From assembly GCA_963807015.1 (NCBI GenBank), contig CAWEAS010000012.1, positions 143,277-207,276 on the forward strand: DNA of 64,000 bases, given 5' to 3'. This DNA is from an uncultured Alphaproteobacteria bacterium (lineage in GTDB: Bacteria > Pseudomonadota > Alphaproteobacteria > Rhizobiales > Xanthobacteraceae). Below are positions 10,634 through 20,148 of this stretch, in pieces; the stretch's first letter is position 1; each line of letters starts with the position of its first letter. Below the pieces are notes generated by a model. That model was not told the DNA's origin. It worked only from the letters and a program-made list of their open reading frames with translations, and did not search any database. Both the position numbers and the translations under genes were made by a program.

Positions 10634-11224
10634 CTATCCGCGACCGCGCGACACGCGCTCGATTTCCGCGCGAACCAGCCGTTCCACCATGCTGGGCAGA
10701 TTATCGTCGAGCCACGATTTCAGCATCGGCTTCAGCATTTCGCGGACCAAGTCCTCGAGGGTGCGCGCGTTCTGCGACAGCACCGTATGAGCAAGCGAAT
10801 TGAAAGCCGTGTCGACCGCCGCCGTAGCGCGCGGCGACAGCAGGGCACGGTCGGACGGAGGCGGCATCCCAAAGTCAAGAGCGCGCGACGGCGCAGCTTC
10901 AACGGGCGGCGCAACTTGCGCTTCGGCCTCGGCCGGTTCGCTGAAGTCGACGTCAGGCGTACTTTCAACCGCCTTCAAGGCGGTAGCCTTAGACTGCATG
11001 GATTCGGTCAGATCAAACACGTCCGCGGAGGACGAGGCATCGCCATTTTTCGACTTTGGTACGCTCAGCATGGAATCGATGTCGTCGGCCTTGGTCGCGC
11101 CGGATTCGTTTTCCGCCTTCTCCGCCGCGGTTGTGGGACCAGCGTCATCATCGGCGATGATCCGGCGAATGGAGGCCAGGATCTCTTCCATGCTCGGCTC
11201 TGGAACCTTTACGGGTTGGTTCAT
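10634..11224 (-). CDS. DUF2497/PopZ-like polar organizing protein
   Basis: N-terminal MEEILASIRRIIADD. Acidic, proline-rich middle region. Conserved C-terminus LEDLVREMLKPMLKSWLDDNLPSMVERLVRAEIERVSRG, typical of PopZ-family proteins. Confidence 0.7.
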   Translation of the reverse strand: MNQPVKVPEPSMEEILASIRRIIADDDAGPTTAAEKAENESGATKADDIDSMLSVPKSKNGDASSSADVFDLTESMQSKATALKAVESTPDVDFSEPAEAEAQVAPPVEAAPSRALDFGMPPPSDRALLSPRATAAVDTAFNSLAHTVLSQNARTLEDLVREMLKPMLKSWLDDNLPSMVERLVRAEIERVSRGRG

Positions 11225-11407
11225 CGCAAAGTCCCCACTGCGATCGGCAGGTCATCGCTCCCCGCGACCAGCGAACGATGCGCGCCACTCACTTGCACTA
11301 CTTGCCGCATGGTAATCGGCCCCCGGAAGATAAGCAACCTCCGCAAGTTAAGCGCATTTGCTGGAATCCAGTCTAGGGACCGGCATTGCCCCGCAATCCC
11401 GCCTCTC

Positions 11408-12880
11408 CTACCGTCCGTCAGGCGTCCGAACCCCAATCCAGGCGTCACGAATTTGCTGATAGTGCACCACCGGATCGTACAGAGGTATCAAGATGCCGAG
11501 CTTGGGCAGATTCAATTCGCCGACGGCCGACAGTAGCGTGTAAGAGGCCACAACCCGATCATGTTGCGCGGTAACAAGCGCGGTTCGTGCATTGACGAGT
11601 TCTTGCTGGGCGTTGAGCACGTCGAGGGTAGTGCGCTGGCCCACCCGGGCCTCTTCACGCACGCCGTTGAGTGCGATTTCGGCCGCGGCGACTTGAGCCT
11701 GAGTTGCGAGAATCTGTGCCTTGGCTGCGTCGAGTTGACCCCATGAGGTCACGACGTTTGCCTGAATCTGATCGCGTGCGGTGTCGAGATCTATGCGCTT
11801 CTGGCCGACCAGTTCCTTGGCTTGGCGGATCAACGAGTATTCCCCGCCGCCCTGATAGAGGGGCACCGTCACCTGGCCCGCCACGAAAGCATTGAATGTC
11901 TGAAGCTGCGTGAAAAAGGAGCTACCCCACTGCTGACTGACAGTGGCTGTTAATCCGGCCTGCGGGTAGAGTGTGCCTTCGCTGATCTTGACCTGCAACA
12001 CCGCCGCGTCGATGCCAAACATGGCGACGCCAATGCTGGGGTGACGCGTCCGGGCGAACTCAATTGCTTCGATCAGTCGTTTGGGCGTGAACCGATCAAC
12101 CGGCGAAGCGGGCTGAAGGTTGCTAGCCTCGACACCGATGACCTGACGATAGGTCGCCTTGGATCTTGCATATTGGGCCTCGGCGCTGAGCACCGAAGCG
12201 CGGCCCATGGCGAGACGGGACTCCGCCTGGGCGACGTCCGTGCGGGTCACCTCGCCGACGATGAAGCGGTCGCGCGTCTGGCGCAATTGCTCCTGCAACA
12301 CTTCGACGTTGCGTCGCTGCAATTCGAGCAACGCACCGTCACGCAGCAAGTCCATGTACGCCGTAGCCGCCGCCAACAAGATCGTCTGCTCGGCAACACG
12401 CAATGTTTCGCGCGCCGCCGATGTATTCGATTCCGCTTGGCGCACCTTATTGGCAGTTTGGTTGCCATTGTAGAGCGTTTGGGTCCCCGTTACCCCGACA
12501 ATGCTTGTATTGAAAAGCGCTTCATTTCGCGGATAGTCCGGCGGCACCGGCTGCCCTCCCCGCCCTTGCGGATCATTCAGCGGGAAGGTTTGGCGCGCAG
12601 TGGTGGATTTCTGAATGATGCTTTCATAGCCCTCCTGCGTCGAGCCCGTAATTTTTACGGTGGGCCTATAACCCGACAATGCCTGCGGCACCGTTTCGTC
12701 TGTCTGGCGCACGACAGCGCGTTGGGAATTCAGCTGCGGATTGTTTTGATAGGCCCACGTCAGTGCCTGATTCATGGTGTCGGCGCGCGCCAGCGCTACC
12801 GTCATCATGCAACCCGCAAGGCCGATCGCGCCCGCCATCAGCCCTTGTCGCAGGACCCGCGAAATCAAAATGAGCCTCAC
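11408..12880 (-). CDS. tolC: TolC-family outer membrane efflux protein
   Basis: Two TolC repeats with coiled-coil segments. Signal peptide MRLILISRVLRQGLMAGAIGLAGCMMTVALARA if the GTG at 12880 is used; the alternative ATG at 12838 gives a shorter signal peptide. The long N-terminal extension of the track ORF is rejected. Confidence 0.8.
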   Translation of the reverse strand: MRLILISRVLRQGLMAGAIGLAGCMMTVALARADTMNQALTWAYQNNPQLNSQRAVVRQTDETVPQALSGYRPTVKITGSTQEGYESIIQKSTTARQTFPLNDPQGRGGQPVPPDYPRNEALFNTSIVGVTGTQTLYNGNQTANKVRQAESNTSAARETLRVAEQTILLAAATAYMDLLRDGALLELQRRNVEVLQEQLRQTRDRFIVGEVTRTDVAQAESRLAMGRASVLSAEAQYARSKATYRQVIGVEASNLQPASPVDRFTPKRLIEAIEFARTRHPSIGVAMFGIDAAVLQVKISEGTLYPQAGLTATVSQQWGSSFFTQLQTFNAFVAGQVTVPLYQGGGEYSLIRQAKELVGQKRIDLDTARDQIQANVVTSWGQLDAAKAQILATQAQVAAAEIALNGVREEARVGQRTTLDVLNAQQELVNARTALVTAQHDRVVASYTLLSAVGELNLPKLGILIPLYDPVVHYQQIRDAWIGVRTPDGR

Positions 12881-13127
12881 CCGTCCAATGCGCGTAGGCG
12901 CGCATCCCTGTACGCATGCACTATTAGAGGCGGACCATACGCAACTCGCTTGCGATGCAACACCCTGTCCATTCAGGAGCTTTCGGAAAATTCCCAACTG
13001 GGACATTAGCGCAACACTTGATGCCAAGCGCCTCAAGAAAAAACGCCGAGATGTCCGATTCCGGCACAGAATGTCGTATTCGTGCACCTCACGAACTACG
13101 GCCGCTAAGACACTTGGGCAAAGTAGC

Positions 13128-13793
13128 CTAAAAAACGAACGCGGGTGTCTTCGAGAATCCTGGCAACACGGGTGCCGTCGCGTCGACAATCGGACGGCCG
13201 CTAACATCGCCATTGATTCGCTGAAAACACATCGCTTTCCCAATCGGCCCCGCCATGACAACGGTGACGAGACGTCCGGTCGGTGCCAATTGGCCGAAGA
13301 GCCCATCTGGCACCACCTCGACACCCCCCTCGACGAGGATGATGTCATAAGGAGCACCGGCTGCCCAACCGGCGGTAAGCGGTGCCGCGACAACGGTGAC
13401 GTTCGTGACGCCCATCAATGAAACTGTTGCTCGCGCCTTCTCGGCGAACACATCGTCGAGCGCGACCACCGACGCCGCCAATCGAGCAAGCACCGCTGCC
13501 GAGTAACCCCAACCGCAACCGACTACCAGAACGTGGTCGGAGGGCCCGCAATCGGCTGCCTGAATTAGCCGCGCCAAGACAGCGGGCTTAATGAGTTGAC
13601 GTGTTTTGGTCCCTGACGGGCCGGCACCACCAAGGGGCAGATCGCGATCCAGATATGCGAGCGGCACCATCTGTTCCGGTACGAACCGCTCGCGCGGCAC
13701 GTCAAGCATCGCGGCGATAAGCGCCCGGTCGGTCACATCGTTGGTGCGAATCTGGCCGTCGACCATCGCCCGGCGCGCCGTCGCAAAATCCAT
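13128..13793 (-). CDS. pcm: protein-L-isoaspartate O-methyltransferase
   Basis: SAM-binding motif VLVVGCGWGYSAAVLA. Start taken at MDFATARRAMVDGQIRTNDVTD. Sits in the conserved pcm-tolC neighbourhood. Confidence 0.8.
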   Translation of the reverse strand: MDFATARRAMVDGQIRTNDVTDRALIAAMLDVPRERFVPEQMVPLAYLDRDLPLGGAGPSGTKTRQLIKPAVLARLIQAADCGPSDHVLVVGCGWGYSAAVLARLAASVVALDDVFAEKARATVSLMGVTNVTVVAAPLTAGWAAGAPYDIILVEGGVEVVPDGLFGQLAPTGRLVTVVMAGPIGKAMCFQRINGDVSGRPIVDATAPVLPGFSKTPAFVF

Positions 13794-13926
13794 ATTTGTC
13801 TCCAGCCCGCGAGCCACCGGTCCGGGTTGTGCGGCATGCTCCCGCAAAACGCAAGGAGCCTAGCCATCTGGTCAGTTGTGTAGCCCTGCCATTGTTCCCA
13901 CCTTCCGGATACAAAGGAGAACACCC

Positions 13927-14838
13927 ATGGCGGATAGCTCATCGCCCCAATCAGCTTTGCAATTGTCTCATGATTTTGCCGCGTTAATCGCAGCGGCCGC
14001 GCCCTCGGTGGTCGCTGTGCACGGTCGCGGCCGGCGCCCTTCCAGCGGACTTATTTGGCAACCCGGCCTCGTAATCAGTGCGGAGGAGACAGTTGAACGC
14101 GACACCGGCCTCGCGCTCACGCTGCCCGACGGGCGACGCGTCGACGCCACCTTGGTGGGCCGCGATCCCACGACCGATATCGCGCTGCTGCGGTATACCG
14201 TCGACGCAGCCGACGGTCAGGCGGGCCTTGGAACTAGGCCAGCCTCAACAGATATCAAGCCCGGTCATCTCGTCGTTGCGGTTGGACGTTATGACGAAGA
14301 GGTTGTCGCGGCCCTTGGCATGGTTTCGCTCGCCGGCGCTGCTTGGCGAAGTCGGGAGGGCGGCCGAATCGACGCGCGGGTCGCGATTGACGCGCGCCTG
14401 CCGTCGGTCGCAGAGGGCGGCGCGCTTGTCGCAGCCGACGGTAGCCTGATTGGCATGGCGGTCTTCGGGCCGCGAAGGCGGGTGCTCGCCATTCCGACGG
14501 CCACGCTCACCCGCATCGCTGCAGCCATCAAGGACCAGGGTCACATTGCGCGCGGGTACCTCGGTGTCGGGCTGCAACGCGTTCCGGTCTCAACGGGCGC
14601 CGAAGCACGGCGCGCCGCCATGGTGATGACCGTCGACCCGCTGGGCCCGGCCAGTCGCGCCGGCATTCTGCAGGGTGACATTATCGTCGCTGTCGGCGGC
14701 GCGCCGGTGACCGGTTTGAGGAGTCTGTACCAGCAACTCGGACCCGATACTGTGGGACAGAAGACGTCGATCGAGTTGGTCCGCGCCGGCGCCCATATCA
14801 AGGTCGACGTTACCATCGCACCTCGCCCGCGTGTATAG
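13927..14838 (+). CDS. trypsin-like (S1C/HtrA-type) domain plus PDZ protein with substituted catalytic His and Ser (predicted inactive pseudo-protease)
   Basis: Aligns to the downstream HtrA-like paralog. LVISAEETV replaces LVLTNSHVV (His to Glu). DIALLRY keeps the Asp. AEGGALV replaces GNSGGPLV (Ser to Gly). PDZ region retained. AAAGGAG RBS before the ATG at 13927. No signal peptide. Confidence 0.7.
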   Translation: MADSSSPQSALQLSHDFAALIAAAAPSVVAVHGRGRRPSSGLIWQPGLVISAEETVERDTGLALTLPDGRRVDATLVGRDPTTDIALLRYTVDAADGQAGLGTRPASTDIKPGHLVVAVGRYDEEVVAALGMVSLAGAAWRSREGGRIDARVAIDARLPSVAEGGALVAADGSLIGMAVFGPRRRVLAIPTATLTRIAAAIKDQGHIARGYLGVGLQRVPVSTGAEARRAAMVMTVDPLGPASRAGILQGDIIVAVGGAPVTGLRSLYQQLGPDTVGQKTSIELVRAGAHIKVDVTIAPRPRV

Positions 14839-14840
14839 CC

Positions 14841-15422
14841 ATGCTGCGGCCGCCTGAGCGAGGTCCGCCAGTGCGGATCGCACTTTGGATTGCCGATCCG
14901 ACGCTCCGCACCAGGATCGCCGACGCCTGTACGATCGCTGGTATCCTCGTCGAGCGAAATGGCCCTGCCGAAGACATCGATGTGGTGCTCGCAGACCATG
15001 CGGTCGTCAGCGCCGCACCGGTGATCGCCGTGGCGACGAATGTCGAAGATTGGCAGTGCGATCTTGGCGCAATCGTCGAACCGGACATCGCTCCAGCGAC
15101 ACTTGTCGCCGTAATCACAGTTGTCGCAGCGGGATTTGCGGTGATGCCGTTCCGGCAATCCGGGCGCTCGGCGGCAGGCTCCTGGGCCGAGTCATCCGAT
15201 CAGGCCGATGACGACAAGGTGCCGATCGAACTGACGCGACGAGAAAGCGAGGTGCTGTCCCTACTGGCGGCAGGCGCTTCGAACAAGGCTATCGCCCGGA
15301 CGCTCGGGATATCGACCCACACGGCGAAATTCCACGTCGCCGCGCTCACCGAAAAACTCGGCGCGAGCAGCCGCCTCGAGGCGGTCGCGATCGCCATCCG
15401 CAGCGGGCTCGTGATGGCGTGA
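14841..15422 (+). CDS. LuxR-family transcriptional regulator (C-terminal HTH; atypical N-terminal receiver-like domain)
   Basis: C-terminal ELTRRESEVLSLLAAGASNKAIARTLGISTHTAKFHVAALTEKLG LuxR-type HTH. ATG lies 2 nt after the upstream stop, suggesting coupling. Confidence 0.7.
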   Translation: MLRPPERGPPVRIALWIADPTLRTRIADACTIAGILVERNGPAEDIDVVLADHAVVSAAPVIAVATNVEDWQCDLGAIVEPDIAPATLVAVITVVAAGFAVMPFRQSGRSAAGSWAESSDQADDDKVPIELTRRESEVLSLLAAGASNKAIARTLGISTHTAKFHVAALTEKLGASSRLEAVAIAIRSGLVMA

Positions 15423-15467
15423 GCGGCAGAGGCGCCGCGTATAAAACCCCCGCATCTTCAAAAACTT

Positions 15468-16506
15468 GTGATTCCACACCATATAGCACTCACCATGCTC
15501 GATTCGTCTCCAGCCTTCGACAATGGCGCCCCCTCAAACGGCTCCGAGCATCATGATAATTCGACCCCGCTGTCATCGCTTGATGCATTGTCTCGCGACA
15601 TTGCCGATATCGTCGAGCAGATTGGCCCCGCAGTCGTGCGCGTCGAACCCTTGCGGAGCGGAGAGATGCCCGCCGGCATCGGCTCTGGCGTTGTCATCTC
15701 GCCCGATGGACTGGTGCTCACCAATAGCCATGTGGTTTACGGCCATAGGGAGGCTCGTCTTGCCGACAGCGAGGGCCGCGTGCTTGAGGCACGCCTGATC
15801 GGCGAGGACCGAGATACCGACATCGCGCTGTTGCGGGTCACGGCGGCTCGCCAGCTCGCTTGGGCGCCGCTTGGCGAACTCGAAGCTGCTGCGGCGCGGT
15901 CAGATCGTGGTCGCGATCGGCAATCCGCTTGGGTTCGAATTTACCGTAACATCGGGCGTCGTGTCGGCGCTTGGCCGCTCGCTGCGTGCATCCAATGGGC
16001 GCCTGATCGATGACGTAGTGCAGACAGATGCGGCCCTTAATCCGGGAAATTCCGGTGGCCCCTTGGTCAATACGCGGGGCGAAGTGGTCGGCATCAATAC
16101 CGCGGTCATTGCGGGAGCGCAGGGCATTTGTTTTGCCGTTGCAAGCAATACTGCGAAGTTCGTTCTCGGCGAACTTATCCGTCACGGCCGCGTACGGCGC
16201 GCATACGTTGGGGTGTCGGCACAGACAGTACCGGTGCCGCGACGGCATGCCCGTGAGTTCGGTCTCGAAAATCCGCGCGGTGCTTTGGTGACTGGGATCG
16301 AGAGAGACAGCCCGGCTGCAGTTGGAGGTCTCCTCACCCAAGATATCGTGGTCATGCTCGATTCTGAGCATGTCGGCGGCGTAGACGATCTTGTGCGCCT
16401 CCTCGACGGCACCAAGGTCGACCGTCCGGTTAAATTGACGGTATTGCGGTTCGGTAAGCTGGTTGAAATGACCGTGAGACCAATCGAGCGACGCGCGAAC
16501 GGCTGA
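15468..16506 (+). CDS. HtrA/DegP-like serine protease with PDZ domain, interrupted by an apparent +1 frameshift near 15876-15882
   Basis: Intact triad motifs TNSHVV, DIALLRV and GNSGGPLV, plus a PDZ domain. The reading frame switches between the track ORFs 15468..16013 and 15871..16506. Removing one A from GAACTCG restores PLGDSKLLRRGQIVVAIGNPLG. No signal peptide. Confidence 0.65.
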
Positions 16507-16710
16507 CACCAACTCAAAAGGCGACATCAATCGCCCGAAGCAACCGCGGCCGATGGTCGAATTTTATTTCGGCGACGGCTTCTTGCCCGCCGCGAGTATC
16601 ACAATCCCCTGTCATGAGACTAAGAGATCAACAAGGCCTTTGAACTGACCGCCACAGATCGCTAGGCTGCGCTCGCGTAATAACTTTCCAAACTACCATA
16701 AGAGGCCACC

Positions 16711-16941
16711 ATGAAGCTTTCCGGGACCATCGCACTCTCCGCAATTGTCGTACTGCTCGGGGGAAGCGCTTCTCTGGCGCAGGACACAAAACCTGCGGCA
16801 GCGCCTCCCGCTGCGTCGTCCGATACAAAGAGCTCCGTTTCGAAGGCCTGTACAGATTTGGCAAATGCCAAGGGTCTGCACGGTCCAGAGCGCAAAAGGT
16901 TCCGTGCCAGATGTAGGAAGAACGGCGGCAAGGAAGGTTGA
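16711..16941 (+). CDS. PsiF-repeat family small secreted protein
   Basis: Signal peptide MKLSGTIALSAIVVLLGGSASLAQ. C-terminal C-x-D-x-A-x-A-K-G-L-x-G-x-E-R-K-x-F-x-x-x-C motif resembling a PsiF repeat. AAGAGG RBS. Confidence 0.5.
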   Translation: MKLSGTIALSAIVVLLGGSASLAQDTKPAAAPPAASSDTKSSVSKACTDLANAKGLHGPERKRFRARCRKNGGKEG

Positions 16942-16954
16942 GCGCTGAGCACCG

Positions 16955-17485
16955 ATGGCGCGGATTTCGCTGATCGAAGCAAGCGAGCATCCCGAGCTTA
17001 CCGAACTGATCGGGAAAATCCGCGCCGGACGCGGCGGAACGCTGATCAACGTCTACAAGCTGCTTCTACACGCTCCGCCGCTCGCCGAAATTTGGCTCTC
17101 TCTGATCAATGCGTTTCGTGAGCACACATCTCTCGGTGACAGGCTACGCGAGATCGTGATCATTCGCGTCGGCCATCTTAACCGGGTCGATTACGTCGTC
17201 CGCCAGCACGTTCCCCGGCTCGCTCTTGCAGCGGGTCTGACGCTCGCAGAATGTGAGGCGCTTGCCGACAGCGACCCTGACGGTTTCAGCGCCCGCGAGC
17301 GGGCGGTGATCTCTTATGTGGATGCGATGACCGAACAAGTGCAGGTGCCCGAAACAGTGTTTGCAGCGTTACGCCCACATTTCAGCGAGCGGCAGCTCGT
17401 CGAGCTCTCGGTGCTGATCGGGACTTACAATATGCACACGCGAGTGGTCGAGGCGCTGGGGATCGATCCCGAGCCGAATGGTTAG
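16955..17485 (+). CDS. carboxymuconolactone decarboxylase (AhpD-like) family protein
   Basis: 176 aa all-helical protein with CMD-family-like sequence features. Assignment by family resemblance only. Confidence 0.6.
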   Translation: MARISLIEASEHPELTELIGKIRAGRGGTLINVYKLLLHAPPLAEIWLSLINAFREHTSLGDRLREIVIIRVGHLNRVDYVVRQHVPRLALAAGLTLAECEALADSDPDGFSARERAVISYVDAMTEQVQVPETVFAALRPHFSERQLVELSVLIGTYNMHTRVVEALGIDPEPNG

Positions 17486-17590
17486 GGCCGGTATTGCAAT
17501 CACCGCCGGCCTCAACATGCACGCGTAGGCAGGGTGGTCGAAAAAATGCGCAGGCCGTCAGACTTATCTCCCAAAGCGCCGGGAACGCGC

Positions 17591-18568
17591 ATGCCGGGGT
17601 CCCGGCTTTGCCGAATAGCTCTTGCTGTCGCGCAATTTGCCCTGCTCGGCGGAACGGCAACCGCGGGCTTCCCGGAGCGAACGGTGCGCATCGTGGTGCC
17701 CTATGCGCCTGGTGGCGGAAACGACACGCTCGCGCGGGTACTTGGACGCAAACTCGAGGAAATCTGGGGCAAGCCCGTCATCATCGAGAACAAGTCGGGC
17801 GCAAATACAATGATCGCCACCGAGTATGTGGCTCGGCTTGAGCCTAACGGCCACAACATTCTCATGGTGACGACGATTTTCGCCGTCAACCCATCGCTCG
17901 TGAGCAAGCTGCCCTATGACACGCTCTCGGATTTCACCCCGGTCATACTCGCCGGCAGCGCGCCGACCGTTCTGGTGACGCGCCCAACGCTGCCCGTTAC
18001 TTCGGTCGCCGAATTGATCGCTTACGGAAAAGCCAATCCCGGCCGGCTCACGTACGGCACTCCCGAGGTCGGAACCGCACCATTCCTCGGTGCTGAATTG
18101 CTCAAGATCGATGGCAAATTCGATGCGGTCAACGTGGCCTATCGAGGAACGCGCCAGCAGTTGTTCGCGTTGCTGTCTGGCGAGATTGACTACGGATTCG
18201 ACCTCGTAACCTCGCTCGAATACGTCAAAACCGGGCGACTAAAGGCCCTCGCGGTGATGGCATCGCATCGGCTCGACAAATTTCCCGAAATCCCGACGAT
18301 GAACGAAGCCGGGCTGCCAGGGTACGAAGTAGCGACGTGGTACGGGTTTGTCGTCCGCCAAGGGACGTCACCGGAAGTGCTTCGGGAGATAAACCGGGCC
18401 TTCAATCAAGCAATCGAAGACCCCGCCATCAGAATCGGCATGGATGGGCTCGGCATTCAGTTGATCGGAGGAACGGCGGACGCGTTTGCTGCGCACATCC
18501 ATTTGGAAATGGATCGCTGGGCTGCCATGCTCCGCAAGACGGGCATCAGGCTCGACAATGGGCGCTGA
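17591..18568 (+). CDS. Bug/TctC-family tripartite tricarboxylate transporter substrate-binding protein
   Basis: Signal peptide MPGSRLCRIALAVAQFALLGGTATA. Family motifs VVPYAPGGGNDTLAR and ENKSGANTMIAT. Confidence 0.75.
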   Translation: MPGSRLCRIALAVAQFALLGGTATAGFPERTVRIVVPYAPGGGNDTLARVLGRKLEEIWGKPVIIENKSGANTMIATEYVARLEPNGHNILMVTTIFAVNPSLVSKLPYDTLSDFTPVILAGSAPTVLVTRPTLPVTSVAELIAYGKANPGRLTYGTPEVGTAPFLGAELLKIDGKFDAVNVAYRGTRQQLFALLSGEIDYGFDLVTSLEYVKTGRLKALAVMASHRLDKFPEIPTMNEAGLPGYEVATWYGFVVRQGTSPEVLREINRAFNQAIEDPAIRIGMDGLGIQLIGGTADAFAAHIHLEMDRWAAMLRKTGIRLDNGR

Positions 18569-18783
18569 TTAAACCCACCGCCGGTTGCAGTGCCTGTCCG
18601 TGCATGGATTTTTTTTCATGACTCGGAAAAGCGAGGGTAAGGTCGAGTCTCCCAGTATCGGGTTGGCGCGGTATGGTAAAGCAGCGCCGACCTATGCGAG
18701 AATGCATAGACGGGGCGAGCCCTTGCATATTGCGCTGCTTCCGCGCGAGGGCTCCTGCGGCATGTGGGGCTGAGTTTCAAGAC

Positions 18784-20097
18784 ATGGACGATCGCACTAC
18801 CACCACCGATTTTACAAGAACAGCCCCCGGGGTGAGGCCGACCAAGGTCGTGGCCTCGAAGAAGCGCAGGTGGGTCGGGTTCTTGGTCTTCCTCCTCATC
18901 GCGGTCGGGGTCGGTTGGTTGATTTACGCGCGGCAAACCACTCAACCGCCGGCACGCCGCGGCGAAGGACCACCGGTTACCGTCGTTGCCGTGCCGGCGG
19001 CCACCGGCAACATTGACGTCAATCTCAATGCACTTGGCACCGTAACCTCGCTCGCGACCATTACGGTCAGGTCGCAAATCAGCGGCCAGTTGGTGCGCGT
19101 CGTCTACACGGAAGGGCAAATCGTCAAAAAGGGAGACCTGCTGGCTGAGATCGATTCGCGGCCCTATGAACTTGCGCTGGCCCAAGCCCAAGGCACGCTC
19201 GAGCGCGATCAGGCTCTCCTTCAGACCGCGGAACTCGATCTCAAGCGCTACCAGGACCTGGTGAAGACCAATGCCGTTCCTCGGCAGCAGCTCGACAACC
19301 AAGTCTCTCTCGTAATTCAGTACAAGGGCAACATAATTTCAGATCAGGCACAGATCGACACGCAGAAGCTCAACATTGCATATTGCCATATTACCGCCCC
19401 GGTGGACGGCCGCGTTGGCCTGCGTTTGGTCGACCAGGGGAACTATGTAACGCCCGGCGACGCCACCGGCATCGTCGTCATCACCCAGCTGCAGCCGATC
19501 ACCGTCATCTTTCCGATTCCGGAAGACAACCTGCCGCAAATCTCCAAGCGTCAGCGCGATGGTGCAAGGCTGCCGGTCACAGCCTTTGATCGCAGCGGCA
19601 GCATCAAGCTCAGCGAAGGCGAGCTGAAAACACTCGATAATCAGATCGATACCACGACCGGCACACTGAAGCTGCGCGCCGAGTTCGCCAATCAAGATGG
19701 CGCGCTGTTTCCCAATCAGTTCGTCAACGTGCGGCTCCTTGTCGACCAACTACGCGATACGGTCGTCATTCCGACCAGCGCGGTGCAGCGGGGCGCCCCT
19801 GGCACATTCGTATTTCTCGTGAATAACGACAATACGGTCACGGTCCGGCCGGTCACCCTTGGACCGACCAATGGCGACCGGGTCGCGGTCCAATCTGGCC
19901 TTGCCGCCGGAGATAACGTCGTGATCGATGGCGCGGACAAACTGCGCAACGGAGCGCACGTTACATTGCGTGCTGCCGGGGGCGGTGGGAACGCGCCGCC
20001 CGGTGGCTCCCAAAAGACGCCCGCAAACCCCAACACCCAGAACGGCGCCCCGGCGAATCCGGACAGCGGATCGCGGCGACGGCGGAATTCGCAATGA
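18784..20097 (+). CDS. mdtA: RND efflux membrane fusion protein (MdtA-like periplasmic adaptor)
   Basis: N-terminal TM anchor, HlyD-like lipoyl/beta-barrel regions, coiled-coil hairpin, G/P-rich C-terminus. Start placed at MDDRTTTT. Confidence 0.8.
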   Translation: MDDRTTTTDFTRTAPGVRPTKVVASKKRRWVGFLVFLLIAVGVGWLIYARQTTQPPARRGEGPPVTVVAVPAATGNIDVNLNALGTVTSLATITVRSQISGQLVRVVYTEGQIVKKGDLLAEIDSRPYELALAQAQGTLERDQALLQTAELDLKRYQDLVKTNAVPRQQLDNQVSLVIQYKGNIISDQAQIDTQKLNIAYCHITAPVDGRVGLRLVDQGNYVTPGDATGIVVITQLQPITVIFPIPEDNLPQISKRQRDGARLPVTAFDRSGSIKLSEGELKTLDNQIDTTTGTLKLRAEFANQDGALFPNQFVNVRLLVDQLRDTVVIPTSAVQRGAPGTFVFLVNNDNTVTVRPVTLGPTNGDRVAVQSGLAAGDNVVIDGADKLRNGAHVTLRAAGGGGNAPPGGSQKTPANPNTQNGAPANPDSGSRRRRNSQ

Positions 20098-20148
20098 CAG
20101 TCGCCTTCACCAGCTGTCACGGCGGCGCTCTGAGTTGAGGGGCCGAAT

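Noticed and set aside
12881-13393. 171-aa N-terminal extension of the TolC ORF
   Set aside because: Low-complexity, non-TolC-like sequence that overlaps the pcm gene region. A signal peptide begins at the GTG at 12880.
15468-16506. Interpreting the HtrA-like, mdtB, class-II cytochrome and P450 frameshifts as genuine pseudogenes
   Set aside because: Three indels fall in would-be GANTC methylation sites and one in a G6 homopolymer, pointing to basecalling error. Kept as CDS with the caveat stated. Real pseudogenisation cannot be excluded without read data.
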